Shown here piece after piece: positions 26,690 to 34,217 of a DNA stretch of 57,541 nt. Each line of letters starts with the position of its first letter. Position 1 is the stretch's first letter. Below the pieces are notes generated by a model. The model saw only the letters and a program-made list of their open reading frames with translations. It ran no database searches and was not told the origin of the DNA. A program made the translations under genes and the position numbers. The stretch comes from Fidelibacterota bacterium. Lineage in GTDB: Bacteria > Fidelibacterota > Marinisomatia > Marinisomatales > JACNKV01. The stretch is from the NCBI GenBank assembly GCA_014381855.1, contig JACNKV010000075.1, positions 1-57,541 on the forward strand. The letters run 5' to 3'.

Positions 26690-26768
26690 GTAGATTCCTG
26701 TTCGTACCTCATTTCGGAATGACACTGTCTTTTTGTAATTCTGACGAACGAAGTGAGGAAGAATCTAC
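26690..26768. repeat. 79-nt imperfect long hairpin (possible small RNA or MITE-like element)
   Basis: Terminal arms GTAGATTC/GAATCTAC pair perfectly. Inner helices are CCTCATTT/AAGTGAGG (one G-U) and TCGGAAT/ATTCTGA (one G-U). Confidence 0.5.
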
Positions 26769-26805
26769 ATCTTTAAGCTCTACACGAATGCCTAGTGTCG
26801 GGGAA

Positions 26806-26840
26806 CCCCGTAGAAAACACGGGGAATTAATCAGGCTATA
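26806..26840. repeat. CCCGT/ACGGG hairpin repeat with 16-nt flank, copy B
   Basis: CCCCGTAGAAAACACGGGG plus AATTAATCAGGCTATA. The 20-nt GGGGAATTAATCAGGCTATA is identical to 37142-37161. Confidence 0.85.
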
Positions 26841-26878
26841 TCACTATACACCATAAACTATCAACCATTAACTAATTC

Positions 26879-27223
26879 TCAATCCCATTCAAATCCGGCG
26901 GCTGTCCCTGACTTCAGGTTAATCTCAACGGAATTATAATCTCTAATTTCAGGAATATAATAATACAACATTTTAAATTCTAAATTATCATCCACCCAAA
27001 CAGAATCCGGTAAACCCAACGTTGACAGGACGGCTTGCTCGGTAGGTTTTTCAGTTAAGAAATCCCAAACATCATATTCGGTCATTAATCCCCGCGAAAA
27101 TGGGGTGGGAGAGTTTTGTTCAGGATGCGTTGACTTTGTGGGAGTGTTAACATCCATGGGTGGGGCTGTAGAGCAGGAGACCCAAAACAAATACGCAAAC
27201 AGGATAATATTTAACTTTCTCAT
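26879..27223 (-). CDS. small lipoprotein, unknown function
   Basis: 114 aa. Signal peptide plus lipobox-like 'WVSC'. I recognise no family. Confidence 0.45.
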   Translation of the reverse strand: MRKLNIILFAYLFWVSCSTAPPMDVNTPTKSTHPEQNSPTPFSRGLMTEYDVWDFLTEKPTEQAVLSTLGLPDSVWVDDNLEFKMLYYYIPEIRDYNSVEINLKSGTAAGFEWD

Positions 27224-27335
27224 TGTGCGAACCTACCCCCGTCAGATTATGATAATCAAGATGGTTTATTTTGAAATATTTTTAAATAGAACGAATTATT
27301 TGTACTAAATTATGTGCCAATTTTAAGGATATTTT

Positions 27336-28145
27336 ATGTTAAAAGATAAAACCAAAGATCGTTTTTATTTGGATAAAGATTTTCTTAGCAGCCCGGATAC
27401 GCGAACGCTCAGAATTTTGTCTGAGTACCTTGGCCCGCGTCAGCGCTTTTCGCGTAATCACGTTGAGGATACAATCGTGTTTTTTGGTTCAGCCAGGATA
27501 AAATCTAAACAAGACGCTGAACTGGCTTTGAAAGAAGCACCTGACAATCTTTCAAAGAATAAACGCCAACAATTAGAACATCATCTCGAAATGAGCCAAT
27601 TCTATGAATCTGCTCGTGAATTAGCAAAACGCCTGACAAAATGGAGTAAAAAACTCAAGAACAGTAAACACCGTTATATTATTACATCAGGCGGCGGACC
27701 CGGGGTTATGGAAGCCACCAATCGCGGAGCCTCCGAAGCCAAAGGATTATCCATCGGTTTAAATATCACTCTGCCATTTGAACAATCCGGCAACTCGTGG
27801 ATTACCCCCGATTTGAATATGCAGTTTCATTACTTCTTTATGCGAAAATTCTGGATGGCTTACCTGGCAAAAGCACTGGTTGCCTTCCCGGGCGGTTTCG
27901 GTACGCTGGATGAACTGATGGAAATACTCACTTTGATTCAAACGGAAAAAATCCACAAATCCATCCCTATTGTACTTTTTGGCAAGGAATTTTGGGGGAA
28001 TGTTATCAACTGGGACTATCTGGTGAAAGTCGGAACAATCGAAAGAAAAGACTTAAAATTATTTACAATTTGCGATACAGTAGATGAAGCGTTCGATGCA
28101 ATAACAACCAAAATAACCGGCGTACATACCGGGCCGAATTTTTAG
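27336..28145 (+). CDS. LOG-family (TIGR00730) nucleotide phosphoribohydrolase
   Basis: 'SGGGPGVMEATNRGA' and 'PGGFGTLDELME' motifs. Confidence 0.85.
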   Translation: MLKDKTKDRFYLDKDFLSSPDTRTLRILSEYLGPRQRFSRNHVEDTIVFFGSARIKSKQDAELALKEAPDNLSKNKRQQLEHHLEMSQFYESARELAKRLTKWSKKLKNSKHRYIITSGGGPGVMEATNRGASEAKGLSIGLNITLPFEQSGNSWITPDLNMQFHYFFMRKFWMAYLAKALVAFPGGFGTLDELMEILTLIQTEKIHKSIPIVLFGKEFWGNVINWDYLVKVGTIERKDLKLFTICDTVDEAFDAITTKITGVHTGPNF

Positions 28146-28194
28146 GGTTTAGCCGCAAGGTTCGCTAAGAGACACTAAGAATAGCACACAACAA

Positions 28195-28779
28195 ATGAAA
28201 TACAACTCTACCAAAGCCCGCTGTGACTGGCCAGGAGACAATCCGCTCATGATCGCTTACCATGATAATGAATGGGGAGTCCCGGTGCACGATGACCGAA
28301 AGTTATTTGAGTTTATAGTATTAGATTCTTTTCAGGCGGGTCTTAGTTGGGCGATTGTTCTGAACAAACGGGAAGGCTTCCGTGATGCATTCGACAATTT
28401 TCAACCGGAAGTCATTGCCTCCTACGATGAACAAAAAATCCAAAAGCTTATCCAAAACCCGGCAATTATTCGAAATAAACTGAAAATACGATCTACCATA
28501 ACAAACGCTCATGAATTTTTGGACATCCAAAAAGAATTCGGGAGTTTCGATAAATTTATCTGGCAATTTACCGGTGGTAAAACAATCACCAATCTGTGGA
28601 AAACTGAAGCAGAAATCCCGACCCGTTCCCCGGAATCGGATGCGATGAGCAATGAGTTAAAAAAACGTGGGTTTAAATTTGTCGGTACGACAATTTGCTA
28701 CGCATTCATGCAGGCGGCAGGAATGGTGAATGACCACTTGACGGGCTGTTTTCGATACCGTAAATGTGGAGTGGATTGA
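28195..28779 (+). CDS. tag: DNA-3-methyladenine glycosylase I
   Basis: 'YHDNEWGVPVHDDRKLFE...FQAGLSW' and the C-terminal 'NDHL..C' zinc region. Confidence 0.92.
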   Translation: MKYNSTKARCDWPGDNPLMIAYHDNEWGVPVHDDRKLFEFIVLDSFQAGLSWAIVLNKREGFRDAFDNFQPEVIASYDEQKIQKLIQNPAIIRNKLKIRSTITNAHEFLDIQKEFGSFDKFIWQFTGGKTITNLWKTEAEIPTRSPESDAMSNELKKRGFKFVGTTICYAFMQAAGMVNDHLTGCFRYRKCGVD

Positions 28780-28810
28780 CACAGGCAGGCAGTCCAATAC
28801 TATAAATTGA

Positions 28811-29584
28811 TTATCGTAAAAGTTTTTCATAAATCCGCATTAATTCTTTTGTCCGAGCACCCGGAGTGCTTTCCCCGATTATTGTCTTATCAATTTGGAT
28901 AATGGGAACAATCCCGGAGATACTGCCGGTTTGAAAAACTTCATCCGCTTTTTTTAGTTCATCCAGCGTAATGGTGTTATACTCCACGGGGAACGGAGAA
29001 ATCTCCAAAATGGTTTTACGCGTAATCCCCGGCAATACATCGCCTTTTCTTGTGTATAAAATTCCGTCAATAAACCAGAATAAATTAGACCGGGAGCCTT
29101 CGTAAACATTCCCGGCTTCATTGGTCAAGATCGCCTCAAAATATCCGTTTTTTCTGGCTTTCTGATAACTCAAATAGCACTCAAGATAAGACAGTGATTT
29201 CACTGATGGCAGTGAACGCTGCTGGACAACACTCATCACTTTTACTCCGTTTAGTGTAGATGAGTCCGGTTCAAGTTTAGAAGAAATCACAATGCAGTCA
29301 TCAGGTGTAACCACAATTTTCAGTCGTTGAAGGTCATGGTTTGATGCAGCGACAATCGTTTTTACCATTTGCCCAACCTCTTCCCGGGAATATCTCAAAG
29401 AGAGTTCAATTTTCTCAGCCGATGAGAATAGCCGTTCCAAATGATTTTCCAAACCAAATATCTTTCGATTTATGGTGGTCCGCATGGTTTCGAACACACC
29501 GGCACCATACATCACAGCATCAGAAAATATGTTCACCATCGCTTCTTTTTCTTCGACCATTCGATTATTGATCATTACCTGCAT
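28811..29584 (-). CDS. pabC: class IV aminotransferase fold, probable aminodeoxychorismate lyase
   Basis: 257 aa with a class IV fold pattern ('GVFETMR', 'LPGITR'). Last gene of a pabA-pabB string. Confidence 0.6.
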   Translation of the reverse strand: MQVMINNRMVEEKEAMVNIFSDAVMYGAGVFETMRTTINRKIFGLENHLERLFSSAEKIELSLRYSREEVGQMVKTIVAASNHDLQRLKIVVTPDDCIVISSKLEPDSSTLNGVKVMSVVQQRSLPSVKSLSYLECYLSYQKARKNGYFEAILTNEAGNVYEGSRSNLFWFIDGILYTRKGDVLPGITRKTILEISPFPVEYNTITLDELKKADEVFQTGSISGIVPIIQIDKTIIGESTPGARTKELMRIYEKLLR

Positions 29585-29615
29585 GTTGTTCTCCTAATTC
29601 TTAGTAAATGGGTAA

Positions 29616-29692
29616 ATGAGTAGACGGGTAAAAGAGTTGAAAGTTGAGGAGCAATCCCTAGTGTAACGAAACCCCGATTGAGAACCGTATCG
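29616..29692. repeat. bipartite intergenic repeat (module 1 + module 2), copy 1
   Basis: Module 1 is ATGAGTAGACGGGTAAAAGAGTTGA. Module 2 is AAAGTTGAGGAGCAATCCCTAGTGTAACGAAACCCCGATTGAGAACCGTATCG. Matched by hand to 42380-42490. Confidence 0.85.
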
Positions 29693-29760
29693 AGGTGGAA
29701 AGTCGAAAGTTGTCTCCCACCAATTCCTCAGACTATACATTCCCATATCTCCGTATTTTC

Positions 29761-30990
29761 TTATTCCCTAAAAGACTCAGCTTTTACCATGGTTTCATCA
29801 AATTCATCGGTTTCATTTGAGCCCAGTGTAATTCCGCCGCCAACACCCAGCGACAACCGATTCCCTTCCTGCACCACAGTTCGTATGGCAATATTCATAT
29901 CCAATTCACCATCAGGATAAATCACTCCTACCGATCCGGTATAGACTCCGCGGCGTTCATCCTCTAGCTCATCAATGATTTCTATCGCCCGTTTTTTCGG
30001 ACAGCCGGTTATCGAGCCACCCGGAGACATGGACAGCCACGCTTCAATCGGAGAAATATCATCCCTCAGTTCGCCTTCAATTGATGAAAATGTATGCCAA
30101 ACCGCCGGGAGTTTCTTCAATCCCTTTTTCTCAATAACGTTCACAGAGCCAATCTTACAAACTTTTCCCAGATCATTCCGTAATAAATCGGTAATCATGA
30201 ACAGTTCGGCTTCTTCTTTTTCGCTGTTCAGTAATTCCTGTTTCATTTTATTGTCATCATTATCAGATCTTGGACGTGTTCCCTTAATCGGTTCGGTAAT
30301 TATTTTTCGATCTTTGATACGAATGAATCTTTCCGGAGACATACTCATCACATTTCCGGCTTTTGTGGGGATGAATGCTGCAAAATCCACCGGATTATTT
30401 TTCAATAGGTTCAGAAATATATCTACCGGTTCGGCTTTGGACACTCCGTGTAACTGATGTGTATAATTTGCCTGATAAATATCTCCGTTTAGAATGTGAT
30501 CGATGATACGGCGAAAATTCTTGCCATACTGTTTTCGTTTTATTTTCGTCTCAAAATGCGGTAACACCACGGCGGTTGATTCGGGAGGGTCTTTTCGAAT
30601 TATTGCTTCAATTCGGTACCAAAATTCTTCATTCGTAAAATGTACAATCGTTTCCCTTTCGTTAAATTTCACCCAATTATCGTAGGCGTAAAAACAGATG
30701 TCCGGCAAATCAATTCGTGAGTGTTGTGAGGGGACATTCATCAACTCCATCCCCAGATCATACGAAATATATCCCACCAGTAATTTTCCGATGTTTTTCT
30801 CCACAAACCGGCTTAATGTGTTTCCGCCCGTCCCGCATTGGTAAACATACGCATCCGCAGGATTAAAGGCTAGTATCCGTTTCCAGCCGGAGTCCGAACT
30901 GCTCCACAGCATAACCGGATTAACCTCTGTTTTCGACACAATACGGAATATGGATCTGATATCCGTGGCCGGGAACGTACGTTTATCCAT
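29761..30990 (-). CDS. pabB: aminodeoxychorismate synthase component I (chorismate-binding enzyme)
   Basis: 409 aa. 'PGGSITGCPKKRAIEIIDELE' and 'RGVYTGSVG' chorismate-utilising motifs. Overlaps the amidotransferase gene by 8 nt. Confidence 0.8.
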   Translation of the reverse strand: MDKRTFPATDIRSIFRIVSKTEVNPVMLWSSSDSGWKRILAFNPADAYVYQCGTGGNTLSRFVEKNIGKLLVGYISYDLGMELMNVPSQHSRIDLPDICFYAYDNWVKFNERETIVHFTNEEFWYRIEAIIRKDPPESTAVVLPHFETKIKRKQYGKNFRRIIDHILNGDIYQANYTHQLHGVSKAEPVDIFLNLLKNNPVDFAAFIPTKAGNVMSMSPERFIRIKDRKIITEPIKGTRPRSDNDDNKMKQELLNSEKEEAELFMITDLLRNDLGKVCKIGSVNVIEKKGLKKLPAVWHTFSSIEGELRDDISPIEAWLSMSPGGSITGCPKKRAIEIIDELEDERRGVYTGSVGVIYPDGELDMNIAIRTVVQEGNRLSLGVGGGITLGSNETDEFDETMVKAESFRE

Positions 30991-31549
30991 GGAGGAGATT
31001 CCTCATCAAATCATCGCCAACTTCCGTCATAAAGGATTCGGGATGAAACTGCACACCGGAAAGCGAATATGTTTTATGCTGAATCGCCATGATCTCACCA
31101 TCTTTTCCATGTGCGCTAAGAATAAACCCATCGGGGACATCATCCACGGCAAGGGAATGGTAGAGCGCCGCATCAAATGGAGTGGGGAGATTTTGAAATA
31201 TCCCGGTATTATTGTGAAATGTTTTCCGGATTTTCCCGTGGGTCGGTCTATGGGCTTTACGGATTTTTGCACCAAAGACTCCTCCGATGCACTGCATCCC
31301 AAGGCATACACCAAAGATCGGAATGTCTTTATAAAAAGTACGAATCACATCATTGCTGATTCCGGCATTTTTCGGCATCCCCGGGCCGGGTGAAATGACA
31401 ATCTTATTCGGAGCCAGACTCCGAATTTCATCAAGAGTAATCCGGTCGTTCAGTGCCACGCGGGTACAAAACCCCAGCGATTCAATCTGCTGGTAGAGAT
31501 TGTAGGTAAACGAATCGTAGTTGTCGATAATAAGGATCATTCCAGTCAC
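30983..31549 (-). CDS. pabA: glutamine amidotransferase component II (PabA/TrpG type)
   Basis: 188 aa. 'ILIIDNYDSFTYNL', catalytic 'GVCLGMQ' and 'QFHPES'. Confidence 0.88.
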   Translation of the reverse strand: MTGMILIIDNYDSFTYNLYQQIESLGFCTRVALNDRITLDEIRSLAPNKIVISPGPGMPKNAGISNDVIRTFYKDIPIFGVCLGMQCIGGVFGAKIRKAHRPTHGKIRKTFHNNTGIFQNLPTPFDAALYHSLAVDDVPDGFILSAHGKDGEIMAIQHKTYSLSGVQFHPESFMTEVGDDLMRNLLHG

Positions 31550-31688
31550 CGGAATTTCGTACGAAAAACCGGCTGGAATTTACAAAAAAAAGGTGCTAGA
31601 GTGTTAAGGTGTTAATCTGTTCGGGGGCTACCGTGTTAGAGAGCTTGGCACCCCTGACACGTTGACGCTCCAACACATGAGTATGTTT

Positions 31689-32195
31689 CTATTTTCCGAT
31701 AAAGGTCAGGTGTTGATTTTCTGATTCAGTATAATATACTTTATAGCCTTGCTGCTCCATGGCATCGATCATTGGAATTGGGTGGAAATTGGTTTGGAGT
31801 AGAATACATTGTCCTTCTTTGATTTCGCTCATTGTCTGATTCACCAGCTGCAATGGATGTTCCCCTTGTTCCAGCATTTCGGTTCCGTTGATGGTGTGAA
31901 CAGGATCACCATGCACCCAATCAGGCACACCGACAGGAAGTTCAACAGATTTTGGTTCATCGTCAATTTCAAGAGCGGGCTGACCTACCGCTCTTCGACA
32001 CATATTTACAAATTTCATGACATCCAGCTTCCCGATTTTGGCGGCTTTTTCAATCGTGGCAAGTTTCCCGACGGTTCGTCTCAGCACCGGATTCTTTAGG
32101 TTCCGAAACGGAGGTGCAATATCCATCACTTTTTCTTCCAATTCCGGGAATTCCTGAAAAATATCAAATAATTTTGTTTTTGGTAGTATTTCCAT
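31689..32195 (-). CDS. DUF1858 plus DUF2249-like two-domain protein
   Basis: 168 aa. N-terminal 'ILPKTKLFDIFQEFPELEEKVMDI...TIEKAAKIG' (DUF1858-like). The C-terminal small alpha/beta domain is typical of DUF2249. It is a partner of the adjacent DUF438 gene. Confidence 0.55.
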   Translation of the reverse strand: MEILPKTKLFDIFQEFPELEEKVMDIAPPFRNLKNPVLRRTVGKLATIEKAAKIGKLDVMKFVNMCRRAVGQPALEIDDEPKSVELPVGVPDWVHGDPVHTINGTEMLEQGEHPLQLVNQTMSEIKEGQCILLQTNFHPIPMIDAMEQQGYKVYYTESENQHLTFIGK

Positions 32196-32310
32196 TTTTT
32201 ATCCTTTTTTTTACCCCTGAGTCACGGAGACTACAGAGAATATTTAAGTTATCAATAATCCGTTATCAGTTCTCTAATATCAATTTGTCTTTTCCTAAAC
32301 ACTTGAATAC

Positions 32311-33555
32311 TTAAACACTTTTCTTGTCGTATGTCAGCAACCGTCTTTCTCCGTCGATTTTCTTGATCTCGGTCAAATCCTGCGTAACTTCCAATGTTCC
32401 CATATACTCATCATTTTCACCGCGAAGAGCATAATACACAATGTAAATTAGCTTCGGTCCCATATTGATCCAAAACCGCGCCTGGTTTTGTGCGCCGGAT
32501 TTAAAATCCTCTAAAATCTTATTGACGATATTCACACTAGACGGTGGGTGGCAATACTGGACTTTTCTCCCGAGGATAGCGCGGGTACGGTCAAATATCC
32601 GTTCGGGACTATCACTGAAAAACTTGACATTATCATCTTTATCAACAAAAGTCATATCAAAGGGGAGTGTCTTGAACATCGCAATCATTTCTTCTAAGGT
32701 AAAGGCTCCTGTCGGCATTTGTATTTTACCGTCAATCTTTGGAGCGTTAATTACGTCTCTGTCAATCCCATCCGGCATCCATTCAAATTCCGGAACGTAC
32801 AAACAATATCCAATCTCCATCGTCTGAGAATAAATTTCATACCATTCCTGATCGGTTAGCAGATCCAGTGCGGTGGGTAAAAACACTTTCTCCTCTTTGT
32901 AAATCATTTCATCCGCTGCTTCAACCGCCGGGAGTACGGCCAGCAGATTGAACGCTTTGGCTTCCGCTCCGGTGATGCTGTCAATCCCCTGCAAGCCGGC
33001 AATGGTCGTTTTCAAGAGATTGCGGACTTCATCATCCTTGCCCCACATCACAGCAGGGACTCCGGGGACACCTTTTTTCTCAAAATACGGAAAGACTAAA
33101 TTCTCCTTACGGCGATAATGTTTATCTACATCCATGAGGTCATTTAAGTGCTGCTGGATTTCCCGCATTTTCGGAAGTGCGTCAGTAGCAGCATCCATTG
33201 TATCCATCTCAGAAATCAACAATTTAACCAATCCTGTTTTTTCGGTAATCGCAATATTCTCCTGGACAAATGTATGCACTGGATGGCCGGGACTGGTTTC
33301 CGGTGTTTCCTGAAGGTCAAGTTGTTTCCTCAATACGTGAGTATGCGTATCGCAGAGGTCCTGAATGCTCTCCTCAGGAATTCCTTCTTCAATCAGCTGG
33401 ATTTCCATCTTGAACACGTCGGAATAATCCGCATCTTTTAACATGGTTTCCAGCTGCTTCTTCACTTTTTCGGGGGCTTTGCCGTCATGAAGCTGGCGAA
33501 CCAGATTCTTCATAATCTCAATGCGTCTCTGTTGGTTGTTAATTATTTCACTCAT
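32311..33555 (-). CDS. DUF438 / hemerythrin-like / PAS-like domain protein
   Basis: 414 aa. N-terminal 'RIEIMKNLVRQLHDG...VKKQLETML' (DUF438-like). Central His-rich helical region ('DTHTHVLR', 'HPVHTF', 'DKHYRRKEN'). C-terminal PAS-like fold. Confidence 0.6.
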   Translation of the reverse strand: MSEIINNQQRRIEIMKNLVRQLHDGKAPEKVKKQLETMLKDADYSDVFKMEIQLIEEGIPEESIQDLCDTHTHVLRKQLDLQETPETSPGHPVHTFVQENIAITEKTGLVKLLISEMDTMDAATDALPKMREIQQHLNDLMDVDKHYRRKENLVFPYFEKKGVPGVPAVMWGKDDEVRNLLKTTIAGLQGIDSITGAEAKAFNLLAVLPAVEAADEMIYKEEKVFLPTALDLLTDQEWYEIYSQTMEIGYCLYVPEFEWMPDGIDRDVINAPKIDGKIQMPTGAFTLEEMIAMFKTLPFDMTFVDKDDNVKFFSDSPERIFDRTRAILGRKVQYCHPPSSVNIVNKILEDFKSGAQNQARFWINMGPKLIYIVYYALRGENDEYMGTLEVTQDLTEIKKIDGERRLLTYDKKSV

Positions 33556-33638
33556 TATTAATTCTCCAAATTTAGATTTTTTGATAAAATAGAATGCATT
33601 AAAGTTACAGAAGGATTTTTATAAATTAGAGAAACGAA

Positions 33639-33671
33639 TATCCTCCGGCGGGATAGTCCCCCCGGAGGATA
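33639..33671 (-). terminator. rho-independent terminator of the TetR-TBDT-lipoprotein operon
   Basis: TATCCTCCGG...CCGGAGGATA forms a perfect 10-bp stem that is extendable. A T-rich tract follows on the minus strand, 8 nt after the stop of the 33679 gene. Confidence 0.75.
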
Positions 33672-33678
33672 GAGAAGG

Positions 33679-34203
33679 TCAGTTACTCAGATATTTCCAT
33701 TGAATCGTGAACGAACCTGAGTTTCCTTGATCGTCGTAGTAATTTGTGACTTCAAATGCCGGAAACTTTCCATCGGCAGTATTTACGACATAAACATAAT
33801 CATTCGGTAAGACCATATGTGAATCTGTCATATAATACCACGCATCCGTTTCTGTGGTAAAACCAGAGACAAAACTTTCGGCGTCAGGGACCTCAGATAC
33901 CATCTCTAAGCTACCGGCATTCACCGCAGCAATCGTGATATTTTCTCCTGCTCCAATTCGTGGATCATTAATCGGGAACGGTGCTCCGGGAGGCGTATAA
34001 GACACCGAATAGAATTCGAGGTCATATAAACCGGAGGAGTCCGTCACCCCGGAGTTTGTTGAAAATGTGAAATATTCCGATCCTTCTGTTTTCACATTTA
34101 TCGTTGAATACGTATTATACTCCAATATATCATCATTATTTTCTTCTTCACAGGCAACCGCCAGTAACATGACTCCCAGCAGTGTAATCCATAGTGCTTT
34201 CAT
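33679..34203 (-). CDS. lipoprotein, possibly HmuY-like ligand-binding partner of the receptor
   Basis: 174 aa with lipobox 'LLAVAC'. The C-terminal 'VYVVNTADGKFPAFEVTNYY...GSFTIQWKYL' resembles the HmuY-family C-terminus as I remember it. Confidence 0.45.
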   Translation of the reverse strand: MKALWITLLGVMLLAVACEEENNDDILEYNTYSTINVKTEGSEYFTFSTNSGVTDSSGLYDLEFYSVSYTPPGAPFPINDPRIGAGENITIAAVNAGSLEMVSEVPDAESFVSGFTTETDAWYYMTDSHMVLPNDYVYVVNTADGKFPAFEVTNYYDDQGNSGSFTIQWKYLSN

Positions 34204-34217
34204 TTTAGTTCCTTTTT

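Noticed and set aside
26640-26690. Weak similarity among GT-rich intergenic segments: 26640-26690, 28146-28194 and 31590-31680, sharing words such as TGACACG..ACGCT and CGCTAAGA.
   Set aside because: The matches are short and gapped, and I cannot distinguish them from chance by eye. They are noted only as something a computational repeat search might firm up.
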